64,000 nt of DNA from a candidate division WOR-3 bacterium (GTDB lineage: Bacteria > Hydrothermota > Hydrothermia > Hydrothermales > JAJRUZ01), in contig JBDRZL010000005.1 in assembly GCA_039803925.1 (NCBI GenBank), forward strand, positions 9,969 to 73,968, in the 5' to 3' direction. Below the pieces are notes generated by a model that was given only the letters and a program-made list of their open reading frames with translations, had not been told where the DNA came from and made no database searches. Positions 9,341 to 19,003 of the stretch are shown piece after piece. A program made the position numbers and the translations under genes. The stretch's first letter is position 1. Every line of letters starts with the position of its first letter.

Positions 9341-11515
9341 ATGAAGAAATATGCTTTGATAGGTGCAAAGGGAGGTGTAGGTGTATCTGTTTTATCATCA
9401 CTTTTATCCTATGAAATCTCTCTGAAAAAAAAGAGTGTACTTTTAATTGAGGCAGAAAATCACGGGGATCTCCCCTACATTTTCGGATCAGATTCAAAGA
9501 AGAGTTTTAAAGAAGCCCTTGATAGTTTCAAAAAGGAGAAAAAGTTTAAAGGTGAATTTATATATGGCTATTCTTCTTATCCTTCAAAACTCCATATGAT
9601 ATTTTCTAAAACTGGTGAAATATGGGATAAAGAATATGATTTTATAGGTCCCTTATTAAAGAGAATTGAACCTGATTATGATTATGTGCTCTTTGATTGC
9701 GGGCACACCATTGATGAAAAAATTTTGAATATTCTTGATATTGTGGATCTTATTTTTGTTGTGATGAAGAATGATTTTCTATCACTTGCAAAGTCAAAGA
9801 ATTTAAGGGAAATTTTCAGATTAAGGTATTATCCTCCCCAGAAGATAGAATATGTAATAAACTTCTTTAATGAAGATGGAATTTCCTTGGAAGAAATAGA
9901 AAAGATTTTGGAAAAAGAGATTCTCTTTCTTTTGCCAGAAGATGAATCAATTTTGAGTGTAACAGAGTTTGGTTTTGATACGGGAAAAGAAAAAATTTCT
10001 CAGGTTTTTAAAGAGAAAATTAAAGAGATATCAGCTTTTATTTTAGGTGAATTAAGAAGAGAAGATTTTATGGAAAAAAGAAAGGAGGTAAAAAGAGACT
10101 TTTTAAGTGGTATTTTTAGAAGAAGGAAAAAAGAGGATAGGGATGAAAAAAAAGTAGCAGAAGTAGTGACTGAATCAAAACCAGGTGAAAGTGTTTTGGT
10201 GGAAGAAGTTGTAGAAGAGGTTCCCTATGAAGTAAAAAAGTTAATCCATGGACATATTGTTAAAGAAATGACATTATCTGGTGAACTTACAGCAACAGTA
10301 GAAAGTGCTACATATAGAGAAGAAATTAGAAAAAAGGTGGAAAAGTTAATAGTAGAAAAATTAGATGAATTTAATATTCCTTTACCATCTCAGGAAGTTA
10401 GAAAAAAATTTGTGGAGGATATGATAAAAGAAATACTCGGACTTGGCCCACTTGAAGATCTTCTCGCTGATCCTGAGGTTACTGAAATTATGGTTAATGC
10501 TCCTAATAAGATTTACATAGAAAAAGGAGGAAAAATTTATCTGACTGATAGAAGCTTTTTCAATGAAACTCAACTGAGGATGGTGATAGAAAGAATTGTT
10601 GCACCAATTGGAAGAAGAGTTGATGAGGCTTCTCCTCTATGTGATGCAAGATTACCAGATGGTTCAAGAGTAAATATAACACTTCCCCCTGTTTCTATTG
10701 ACAGTCCTACGATAACTATAAGAAAATTCAGGAAAGAACCTTTCACCTATCAGGATCTTGTTAATTTTGGTTCAATAGCAGATTTTATGGTTGATTTTTT
10801 AAAGGCTTGTGTCTATGTAAAGAAAAATATAGTTGTGGCAGGTGGAACTGGTTCAGGTAAAACAACCCTTTTAAATGTTTTATCTTCATTCATTCCTGAG
10901 GATGAAAGGATAGTTACAATTGAGGATACTGCTGAGCTAAGATTGCAGCAACCTCATATAGTAAGACTTGAAGCAAGACCACCCAACATAGAGGGAAGAG
11001 GAGAAATTACAATAAGAGATCTTGTTAGAAATGCTTTAAGAATGAGACCCGATAGGATAATAGTTGGTGAGTGTAGAGGGGGAGAAGCTCTTGATATGCT
11101 CCAGGCTATGAACACAGGTCATGAAGGCTCTCTTACAACGGTGCACGCTAACTCCCCTCGGGATACATTATACAGGCTTGAGACAATGGTTTTAATGGCT
11201 GGAACTGAGCTTCCTGTTTCAGCAATAAGAAATTACATAGCCTCAGCTATTGATTTTATAGTTTTTGTGGAAAGAATGAGAGATGGAAAAAGGAGGGTTA
11301 CAAAAATATCAGAGATTACAGGAATTGAGGGAGATATAATAACAATGCAGGATATATTTATTTTTAAACAGAAGGGAGTCTCCGAAAAAGGTGAGATAAT
11401 AGGTGAATTTATGGGGACTGGAATAAGACCAAAAGTTCACGAAGAGTTTGAAATTAAGGGTGTTAAAATTGATCAGAGTATATACTATAAAGGGAGGAAA
11501 GAGGAATCATGGTGA
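9341..11515 (+). CDS. cpaF: Fusion protein: CpaE-like ParA/MinD-fold domain with degenerate P-loop, joined to a CpaF/TadA secretion ATPase
   Basis: The N-terminal ~245 aa follows the CpaE pattern (GAKGGVGVS...YDYVLFDCGH...DLIFVVM) but has GVS where the canonical Walker A has GKT. A charged linker follows. The C-terminal ~420 aa is VirB11/CpaF-like (GGTGSGKTTLLN Walker A; IVGECRGGEALDMLQAMNTGHEGSLTTVHANSP). Confidence 0.8.
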   Translation: MKKYALIGAKGGVGVSVLSSLLSYEISLKKKSVLLIEAENHGDLPYIFGSDSKKSFKEALDSFKKEKKFKGEFIYGYSSYPSKLHMIFSKTGEIWDKEYDFIGPLLKRIEPDYDYVLFDCGHTIDEKILNILDIVDLIFVVMKNDFLSLAKSKNLREIFRLRYYPPQKIEYVINFFNEDGISLEEIEKILEKEILFLLPEDESILSVTEFGFDTGKEKISQVFKEKIKEISAFILGELRREDFMEKRKEVKRDFLSGIFRRRKKEDRDEKKVAEVVTESKPGESVLVEEVVEEVPYEVKKLIHGHIVKEMTLSGELTATVESATYREEIRKKVEKLIVEKLDEFNIPLPSQEVRKKFVEDMIKEILGLGPLEDLLADPEVTEIMVNAPNKIYIEKGGKIYLTDRSFFNETQLRMVIERIVAPIGRRVDEASPLCDARLPDGSRVNITLPPVSIDSPTITIRKFRKEPFTYQDLVNFGSIADFMVDFLKACVYVKKNIVVAGGTGSGKTTLLNVLSSFIPEDERIVTIEDTAELRLQQPHIVRLEARPPNIEGRGEITIRDLVRNALRMRPDRIIVGECRGGEALDMLQAMNTGHEGSLTTVHANSPRDTLYRLETMVLMAGTELPVSAIRNYIASAIDFIVFVERMRDGKRRVTKISEITGIEGDIITMQDIFIFKQKGVSEKGEIIGEFMGTGIRPKVHEEFEIKGVKIDQSIYYKGRKEESW

Positions 11516-12345
11516 CTTTAATTTTGATTATCCTTACAATTATAGGTGCTATTTATATTTTAATAATTTTTCTTGAAGAATTTTTTATCTATTATATAAG
11601 GAATATTCAGCAAAAACTGGATCCTGCTGATTTTCCTGTTAAAAATTTTATTTTACTCGAACTCAGACTTTTATTTGGTCTTTCCATTATTACATATCTC
11701 TTTCTAGGTAAAACTTTAGCAACTAAAATTTTTGTCATTCTTTTATTTACAGTTCTTATAATAATTTTCTTTCCTCAGTATGCTTATACGATAAGAAATA
11801 AATGGATAGAGAAATTTAATGACCAACTGGAGGAAGGGATGAGATTAATTGTGAGTGGATTGAGGGCTGGTCTTGGTTTTAATCACTGTTTGAGGATAGT
11901 GGTTCAGCAGATGCCTCCCCCAATGAAAACAGAATTTAAAAGGGTTCTTGATGAGGTCTCTCTTGGAGTACCTCTTGAAGAAGCTCTTCATCATCTGGAA
12001 GAAAGGATTCCTTCCAGAGAACTTAAAATATTTACAAGTGCGGTAATTTTGCAGAGGAAAACAGGTGGTTCTCTTGTGGATGTTCTTTCAGGTATAGCAG
12101 ATACAATAAAGGCAAGAAGAAGATTGAAGAGAAGGATAGATACACTTACTGCTGAAGGAAGGTTATCAGCTATAGTCCTTACTCTTTTACCCCTTTTTTT
12201 GTTAATTTTATTAAGAATAACACAACCAGACCTTTTTGCCCCTATGCTTGAAGAACCGATAGGTATTCTAATGCTTTTTATTGCAGCCTTCCTTGATTTA
12301 ATGGCAGCCCTTTGGATAAGAAAAATAATTACTATAGAAATATGA
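11509..12345 (+). CDS. tadB: Tad pilus inner-membrane platform protein TadB (T2SSF domain)
   Basis: T2SSF domain: GLRAGLGFNHCLRIV...ALHHLEERIPSRELKIFTSAVILQRKTGGSLVDVL. Flanking TM segments. Confidence 0.8.
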   Translation: MVTLILIILTIIGAIYILIIFLEEFFIYYIRNIQQKLDPADFPVKNFILLELRLLFGLSIITYLFLGKTLATKIFVILLFTVLIIIFFPQYAYTIRNKWIEKFNDQLEEGMRLIVSGLRAGLGFNHCLRIVVQQMPPPMKTEFKRVLDEVSLGVPLEEALHHLEERIPSRELKIFTSAVILQRKTGGSLVDVLSGIADTIKARRRLKRRIDTLTAEGRLSAIVLTLLPLFLLILLRITQPDLFAPMLEEPIGILMLFIAAFLDLMAALWIRKIITIEI

Positions 12346-13244
12346 TACTTTTAATTTTTATATTATCTTTTATTGCTTTTTATTACCTTGTTCTCGCTTT
12401 TATTCCTTCACCTGAAGAAGTGGCTTTATCTTCACGTCTCGAGAGATTAAGGAGAAGGAGGGTTAGAATTGAAATTGCCTCAAAAATTATTGCCTACCTG
12501 GCTCCCTTTGCTGAGATAATCGTTAAGATTTTAAAAAAATATTTACCAGAAGATTATTTAAATTCTCTTGAAAAGAAAATGGAAATGGCTGGAGAAAGAG
12601 GTAAATCAGTAGAAGCAGTTCTTATGGAAAAAGTAATAAGTGGTTTTGTATTTTACATTGTTTCAATTATAATAATGATACTTATTTTTAATGCACCTTT
12701 TTCTTTTAGTCTTATTATGGGATTTGTAGTTCTTTTTGCGGGATTTTTTTATAAGGATTTTAGTTTAAATCAGGAGATAAAAAGGAGACATTATTTAATA
12801 CAAAAAGATTTGGGTGATGCATTGGACCAATTAAACACCGCAGTACAAGCAGGCCTGGGATTCAATGCAGCTTTCCAGTATGTGACAGAGGCTATGCACC
12901 CATGTCCACTGAGAGAAGAATTTGCCTTAATGCTCTCTGAGCTTAGATTGGGTAAAAAAAGGACTGATGCTTTGAGAGCCCTTGCTGATAGAACTCAACA
13001 TCCGGATCTTACACTTGTTGCAATTACAATAGCCCATGGAGAAGAGCTTGGTGCCCCAATAACCCAGACATTAGCTTCTCTTGCTGATGAAGTTAGAAGG
13101 AAGAGATGGGATCAAGCAGAAGAAAGAGCTGCAAAAACCCCTGTTCTTATAGTAATACCCACTATACTTTTAATTTTACCTACCATATTTATTATAATTT
13201 TTGGCCCTTTTGTTTTATATTATCTATTCGGAGGAGGTATGTAA
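12312..13244 (+). CDS. tadC: Tad pilus inner-membrane platform protein TadC (T2SSF domain)
   Basis: DALDQLNTAVQAGLGFNAAFQYV...LRLGKKRTDALRALADRTQHPDLTLVAITIAHGEELGAPITQTL with TM helices. Confidence 0.8.
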   Translation: MDKKNNYYRNMILLIFILSFIAFYYLVLAFIPSPEEVALSSRLERLRRRRVRIEIASKIIAYLAPFAEIIVKILKKYLPEDYLNSLEKKMEMAGERGKSVEAVLMEKVISGFVFYIVSIIIMILIFNAPFSFSLIMGFVVLFAGFFYKDFSLNQEIKRRHYLIQKDLGDALDQLNTAVQAGLGFNAAFQYVTEAMHPCPLREEFALMLSELRLGKKRTDALRALADRTQHPDLTLVAITIAHGEELGAPITQTLASLADEVRRKRWDQAEERAAKTPVLIVIPTILLILPTIFIIIFGPFVLYYLFGGGM

Positions 13245-13245
13245 A

Positions 13246-14019
13246 ATGAAAGGTTTTTTATTTTTTATAATACTCACAAATCAGAGCCCTGAGGAAAGGG
13301 CTGATCTTTACATAAAGCTTGCGGATTATAAAAATGCTGTAATGGAGTATTCTGATTTGATTTTTAAAAAACCTGAAGATAAAAAATTAAGAGAAAAACT
13401 CTTATTCAGTGCAAATAAATATATTGAAAAAAATTTCCTGAAAATGGATAAAGAAATTTTGGAAAAGGCTTTATCAAAGTATAGAAATGGAGAGCTTGAT
13501 TCAGCTTTATATTTATCAAAAATTTTATACGATAAATTTTATTTTGAGCCAGAAGTAGTTACTTTTTATCAAAGATGCTTATGGACAGTTGATACTCTAA
13601 GAAAACTTTATTCCCTTTTAATAGATACTGAAAGGAAAAAAGATTATCAAGCAGCCCACAGGTATGCACTGGAGATTAAAAATATTTATCCCAGTTATCC
13701 TGAAATTGATGAAAAAATAAATTATTACTTTAGTAAAATACCGAAGGTTGAGGAAAAAAGACCCCTCGTAGTTGAAAGAAGGGAGGTAGTGAAAAAACCT
13801 GTTGAAAAACCTGTTGAAGCTGAAAAGGCTATTAAGGTGGAAGAAGATGTTCAGGCAAAAGTTCAGGAACTTTATAAAAGAGGTGTTACACTTTACAGTG
13901 AGGGAAAATTAGAAGAAGCAAGGGAAATTTTTAGAGAGATACTCAAAATTGATCCTCAAAATACAAAAGTAAGGAGAAATCTTGCAGTAATAGAAGAAAG
14001 ATTAAGGGGGAGAAGATAA
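13246..14019 (+). CDS. TPR-like repeat protein (TadD-like accessory?)
   Basis: Helical repeat sequence, C-terminal TPR-like segment LYSEGKLEEAREIFREILKIDPQNTKVRRNLAV. Sits in the Tad operon. Start set to ATG 13246. Confidence 0.45.
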   Translation: MKGFLFFIILTNQSPEERADLYIKLADYKNAVMEYSDLIFKKPEDKKLREKLLFSANKYIEKNFLKMDKEILEKALSKYRNGELDSALYLSKILYDKFYFEPEVVTFYQRCLWTVDTLRKLYSLLIDTERKKDYQAAHRYALEIKNIYPSYPEIDEKINYYFSKIPKVEEKRPLVVERREVVKKPVEKPVEAEKAIKVEEDVQAKVQELYKRGVTLYSEGKLEEAREIFREILKIDPQNTKVRRNLAVIEERLRGRR

Positions 14020-15302
14020 TGGAAAGAAAAAACTTTATTATTACAGGGCTTTTTATATCTGTAATTTCTTTAGTAGTTTTATTATATTTCTTTGGAAGGT
14101 GGGTTTTAAATGAAACAAATAGATGGCTAACAAGTGATGCGGAAAATTTTTCCAATGCAGTTTTTAGTAGTCTTGTGGAAAGTATAAAAATTCCCTGGGA
14201 AACAGGAGATGAGATAAGTTTAAGTTACATTGTGTCTCGTATGAAAAGGGAAAATAGAGATATTGAAGAAATTTCAATAATTGATAGAGAAAATACTATA
14301 ATTGCCCATACAAATACCGACTATATTTTGAGCAAATTTAAATTTCCTGATGAAGCTCCCTTTGATTTAAAAGGGGTTGGTTTTTCAATAAGGAATGATA
14401 AAGTATATATATTTAAGCCCACTTTAAGCACCCTTGGTGATACTTTAGGGTATATATACTTTACATTAAAACCAAGATCTTTAAGAGAGGGAAGAGATTC
14501 TTTAAGGAGGATTCTTTTTCTTTTTGTTGTAGCACTATCTGCACTTTTCCTCTTTTTATCTGCAATACTTGTTTTTATTTCCACTCCAGTTGAGAGAAGG
14601 AAAATAATTTATGAACCCAAATATTCTGATTTCCTTTCTTATCATATTCCTGAATCTGGTGGATATAAACCAGAGGGATGGTCCCTTTATCCTTTTTATG
14701 AAAAAGGAGAAATACCAAATATTTTTTATAAAGTTTTTAGAATTTCTCCTGAAAGATGGGGAATCTTTAGTTTCCAGATAATAAGTGGTGGTTATACTTG
14801 GTCAATTTTATTTCCCTTTATAAATTCTTTTCTCGATAAATACCTTTTCACAGAGGAGGACCCTTTTGTTGTTTTGAAAAATTTACAGGATGAATTTTCA
14901 AAGCTTATGATAAATGAAGGAATTGTTGAGGGTTCTCTTTTATTTTTTGATGAAGAAAAAGGAAAGATAAGAGGAGCAAGTTTTGGTGACCATATTCTTT
15001 ATAGAAAAAGAGAAAGTGAATTAATTCCAATCTATGAACCTGCTAAATTTTATGATTTTTCAAACAGAGTATCAGAAGTAAAGTATTTTGAAACTGAAAG
15101 AGAAGACTTTTTAATTTTAGTTACTGGTAATTTTTACAGATGGTTTAGATTTAATGAACTTATTGAAAAAATTAAAGATATAAGGGATGAAGAGGATATT
15201 AAAAAAGTTATTGAAAATTTTAAATTTTTGTATGAAGAAAGTAAAATTAAAGAAGGCATTTTGCTTTTATTCTTAAAGAAAATAAAGGAGGTAGAGGGAT
15301 GA
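14019..15302 (+). CDS. Membrane-anchored sensor-like protein with degenerate PP2C/SpoIIE-type phosphatase domain
   Basis: Two TM segments flank a ~135-aa extracytoplasmic domain. The C-terminal part follows a PP2C/SpoIIE-like pattern (GIFSFQIISGGY...GASFGDHILYRK...EDFLILVTGNFYR). Start overlaps the upstream stop. Confidence 0.35.
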   Translation: MERKNFIITGLFISVISLVVLLYFFGRWVLNETNRWLTSDAENFSNAVFSSLVESIKIPWETGDEISLSYIVSRMKRENRDIEEISIIDRENTIIAHTNTDYILSKFKFPDEAPFDLKGVGFSIRNDKVYIFKPTLSTLGDTLGYIYFTLKPRSLREGRDSLRRILFLFVVALSALFLFLSAILVFISTPVERRKIIYEPKYSDFLSYHIPESGGYKPEGWSLYPFYEKGEIPNIFYKVFRISPERWGIFSFQIISGGYTWSILFPFINSFLDKYLFTEEDPFVVLKNLQDEFSKLMINEGIVEGSLLFFDEEKGKIRGASFGDHILYRKRESELIPIYEPAKFYDFSNRVSEVKYFETEREDFLILVTGNFYRWFRFNELIEKIKDIRDEEDIKKVIENFKFLYEESKIKEGILLLFLKKIKEVEG

Positions 15303-17872
15303 ATTTATTTGTCCTTTTTCTTTTGTCCCAAACTATTTCAACACTTGTAGGAGGAGATTATATAAAGTCTTTTCATTCTGGAAAATATGTATACGAGGTC
15401 TCTCAGAGGGGTGTTGCTATTATAAATGTAGAAAAACCACAGGATCCTTTTACCGAATATGAAATACCAACACAGGGAATATCCCTGGATCTTGCAATCT
15501 CAGGTAATAATCTTTATATTCTTGATTCACAGGAAGGAATTATAGTTTATTCTTTAAAAGAGAGAGTTAAGAAAAATACATTCAAAGTTAAAAATGCAAA
15601 TTCAATTATTTCAATTCCTCCTTACTTATATGTCGGGACATCTGATGGTTTTATTGAAATATACGAAGTAAATGGATTTAATTTAAAGGGAAAAGGGAAA
15701 ATTAAGTTAAATGGGCCTCTAAATTCAATTCAAATTGCTCCACAGGGATTAGTAGCACTTGTTTCTGACTCAATTTTATCTCAGATTAAATTTTTGAAAG
15801 AAGGTAACATAACCATAGGTGAAGAATATGTATCTCCATCAAAGCTTACAAAATTTTTAGTTCTTGATACCATCATTTTATTTGGTAAAAAGGAAGGAGG
15901 ATTTTACCTTGGAAAGTTTTCAAAACCTTTTATAGAAATAGTAAAGGAAATTATTCCAACCTATGTAATTACAGGCCTTCAGATCTATGGTTCCCAGGTT
16001 TTTGTGGGAACAGAGGATGGAAGGTTATATCTACTTAGTTACCCTGATTTGAATATTATTTCAACAGCCCAATTGGTTGGTCAGATTAATGATTTTGTTG
16101 CTATTGGTAATATACTTATGGCTTCGGTTGGAAGAGCTGGTATTTCTGTTTTAAGATTACCAGATCTGGAAGAAATCAAAACTCTTGGTGGTTTTGGTTC
16201 CCTTGTATCTGCCAATGTAATGACAAAGGAAGTGCTTTATCTTCTTGATCCTCTTCTTGGAGTAAGATTTATATCTTTCTTTTCTCCCCACGATCCTCAA
16301 AAAGAAGAAGAAACTGAGCTTTTTGGAACTTTTGTGAAGATTTTAAAATTTAAAGATTTGATAATAGCAGTTATAAGGGAAGGTGGAATATGGATTTTAA
16401 ATGCTGATAGAATAAATGAGATAAAAGGGTTTCTCCCAATAGAGGGTTTTATTAATGATTGTATAGACATTGAAAATAAAATTTTTGTTGCTACTGAGAA
16501 GGGTATTATTGGTCTTGAATATAAAGATGGAAAACTATCTGAAACTTTTAATATTAAGACAGATGCGAAAACTTTAAAGTTAATTCAGATTGGTAAAAAA
16601 TTTGCAAGTCTTCAGGAAAATGGTCTTTTTATTTATGATTATGATGGTAAAATCATAGAGCACAAAATGGACATCTCTCCATACTTATACACCTTAAGAG
16701 GTAGAGAGGTTTTTATATGTGATATGACTGGTAAGATTTACAAATTTGAAGAGACACTTCAAAATATGAGTTTTCTTTTTTCTATAAAAGTTCCTGTTAC
16801 TGATTTTGTTGTTGGTAAAAACGAAATATATGTTGCCGATGCAACTAATAAAATAAAAGTTTACTCAATACCCGCAAAAAATTTGAAGTTCAGTTTTGAT
16901 TTACCTGAGCCAGTTTATTATTTAAAAATGAAATATCCTTATTTATTTATCTATGGTGGAAGCGATAGAATTTTCATATATAATGTTGGGAAGGATGTTC
17001 CTGAGTTTGTAAATAGTATAAGAACGAAGAAAGGTATAAGATCACTTGATTTTTCTGAATCAGGTATTTATGTTGGGGAAGAAAGATTTATAGAAACTTA
17101 CAGATTCTATAGATTTGAAGCACCAACAGAAATCTCATATTATTTAACTTACGGAGAACTTTACAGAGCGGTGCCTTTGAAAGAAGATAATGTCCTATAT
17201 ATTGCTGGAGGTTCTTCGGGTTTAATAGGAATTGATTTAACAAATATTTATTCTCCTGAACTCTTCTTTTATCACATACCTTCAGAGGGGGTAACTTATG
17301 ATATTCTGATTTCTCAGAGGTTTTTAATCTGTGCTAACCTTGAAGGAGGAATAGAGGTTTTTGAACTTCTCTCTAATAAAAAACCTAAGTTTTTTACAAG
17401 GATTAAGGGTGATGTTCTTTCAATTGATGTAGTTAATAATACTTTTCTGGTTGCTGGAGATAGAACGGGCATTGTAAAGGTTTATGATATGCGTGGAGGT
17501 GTTTTTTCAAAGATTTCAGAATTTTCTGAGTTTAAATTTCCTGTGCTTGATCTTGAATCATTTGGAAACTATGTTTATGCCTCTTTTGGGGATGAAGGTA
17601 TAGGAATAATTGATTTAAGTGTGCCTCACTTTCCGAGATTGAAAAAAATAATAAATCCTGGTTTTCCTGTATTTAGATTAAAAATTCTCGATGATAGAGT
17701 ATTTGCAATATGTGGTGCTTATGGTATTATTGAGTATAAACTAAAAGAAGATGGAGATTTAATTTATTTAAATCATATAGATACTCCCGGAAATGCCCAA
17801 GATGTAAATAAAATGGAGGATTATTATTTAATTTCTGATACTTATGGGCTTGAAATATATAAAAGGAGGTAA
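15299..17872 (+). CDS. Large beta-propeller repeat protein (LVIVD-type repeats) embedded in Tad locus
   Basis: 857 aa. N-terminal hydrophobic segment, then at least 12 repeats of G-hydrophobic-x-hydrophobic-hydrophobic-(D/N/E/S) blades (GIIVYSLKE, GFIEIYEV, GRLYLLSYPDLN, GISVLRLPDLEEI, GIEVFELLSN, GIVKVYDMRGG, GIGIIDLSVPHFP, GIIEYKLKEDGDL). ATGA overlap with the upstream gene. Confidence 0.55.
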   Translation: MNLFVLFLLSQTISTLVGGDYIKSFHSGKYVYEVSQRGVAIINVEKPQDPFTEYEIPTQGISLDLAISGNNLYILDSQEGIIVYSLKERVKKNTFKVKNANSIISIPPYLYVGTSDGFIEIYEVNGFNLKGKGKIKLNGPLNSIQIAPQGLVALVSDSILSQIKFLKEGNITIGEEYVSPSKLTKFLVLDTIILFGKKEGGFYLGKFSKPFIEIVKEIIPTYVITGLQIYGSQVFVGTEDGRLYLLSYPDLNIISTAQLVGQINDFVAIGNILMASVGRAGISVLRLPDLEEIKTLGGFGSLVSANVMTKEVLYLLDPLLGVRFISFFSPHDPQKEEETELFGTFVKILKFKDLIIAVIREGGIWILNADRINEIKGFLPIEGFINDCIDIENKIFVATEKGIIGLEYKDGKLSETFNIKTDAKTLKLIQIGKKFASLQENGLFIYDYDGKIIEHKMDISPYLYTLRGREVFICDMTGKIYKFEETLQNMSFLFSIKVPVTDFVVGKNEIYVADATNKIKVYSIPAKNLKFSFDLPEPVYYLKMKYPYLFIYGGSDRIFIYNVGKDVPEFVNSIRTKKGIRSLDFSESGIYVGEERFIETYRFYRFEAPTEISYYLTYGELYRAVPLKEDNVLYIAGGSSGLIGIDLTNIYSPELFFYHIPSEGVTYDILISQRFLICANLEGGIEVFELLSNKKPKFFTRIKGDVLSIDVVNNTFLVAGDRTGIVKVYDMRGGVFSKISEFSEFKFPVLDLESFGNYVYASFGDEGIGIIDLSVPHFPRLKKIINPGFPVFRLKILDDRVFAICGAYGIIEYKLKEDGDLIYLNHIDTPGNAQDVNKMEDYYLISDTYGLEIYKRR

Positions 17873-17875
17873 AAA

Positions 17876-19003
17876 ATGAGACCTAATGTAAGGAGACTTT
17901 TAATAGCTTTATCCCTGGCAGGGATAGCTGCACTTTTATTAATAAGTTATATTCAGGATGTAGAAAGGAAGACTCTAATGAAAGGTGCCCCTGAGAGAGT
18001 TCTTGTAGCAAAAAAAGATATAAGCGCAAGAACAATTATCTCAGAAGATCTTGTAGAATACAGAGAAATTCCTAAACCTTTTATAGAACCACTTGCAGTT
18101 TCAGATATAGGAGAGATTATAGGTATGGTTGCAATAACTGATATAAGAAAGGGGGAACAGATAACAAAAAATTTGCTTTTACCATTACAGACATGGACTG
18201 TTCTTTCTTCCTTTGTTCCCGAAGGTTTTAGAGCTATAACAATTCATGTGGATGAGGTTTCAGGAGTCGGAGGGTTAATACTTCCTGGAGATGAAGTAGA
18301 TGTAGTAGCAACCTTTTCTCTTGAAGATTTAAGGAGATATATTCCAGAACAGGAGCTTGAAAGATATTTAAGAAGTCCTCAACTTTACAGGGTAAGAGGA
18401 CCTTATTCTTCCTTTGCAACAATTACATATAAGGCAGTTAGAGTACTTGCAGTTGGAAGATCACTCCTTGCTTTGCCACCAACAGTTACAGAGAAAAAGA
18501 CAGGTTTTATGGGAATGCCAGAAACACAAGAATTAGAGAGGGTAACTTCAGTTACACTTGCGGTCCCAAAGGAAATTGTAAAAGAGCTTTCTCTTCTTGA
18601 GAAAATTTCAGATATAAGACTTGTTTTAAGGTCTGTGAGAGAGATAAAACTACCAGGTGAGGATACAATAATAGAAAAACCCTTAACTGTATTTGATATC
18701 TTAGAAAAATATAATCCAAAACCAAAACCTAAAAAAGTTGCGAAGGCAGCACCAACTCCAGAGGTTTCTCCTTATTCTTATATAAATATATATAAGAGAA
18801 CAGATTTGGAACAAGTAAAACTAAGAGGAAGTGAAGTAGTTGAACAAAAACCTTGGGGAGAAGGAAGAAGAAAAGGATTTGAACCTGGTCAAATTATGGA
18901 AACTTTTATGGGTTCTTATATGAAGGGAATAGAAAATGTTTTAAAGCAGGCAGGTGTTAAAGTCCCTGCTAATTTACAGGTTCCCTGCGATACCTGTTTT
19001 TGA
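17876..19003 (+). CDS. cpaB: Flp pilus assembly protein CpaB/RcpC (SAF domain)
   Basis: N-terminal TM followed by SAF-domain signature VLVAKKDISARTIISEDLVEYREIPK. Flp-pilus-assembly C-terminal domain. Confidence 0.7.
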   Translation: MRPNVRRLLIALSLAGIAALLLISYIQDVERKTLMKGAPERVLVAKKDISARTIISEDLVEYREIPKPFIEPLAVSDIGEIIGMVAITDIRKGEQITKNLLLPLQTWTVLSSFVPEGFRAITIHVDEVSGVGGLILPGDEVDVVATFSLEDLRRYIPEQELERYLRSPQLYRVRGPYSSFATITYKAVRVLAVGRSLLALPPTVTEKKTGFMGMPETQELERVTSVTLAVPKEIVKELSLLEKISDIRLVLRSVREIKLPGEDTIIEKPLTVFDILEKYNPKPKPKKVAKAAPTPEVSPYSYINIYKRTDLEQVKLRGSEVVEQKPWGEGRRKGFEPGQIMETFMGSYMKGIENVLKQAGVKVPANLQVPCDTCF

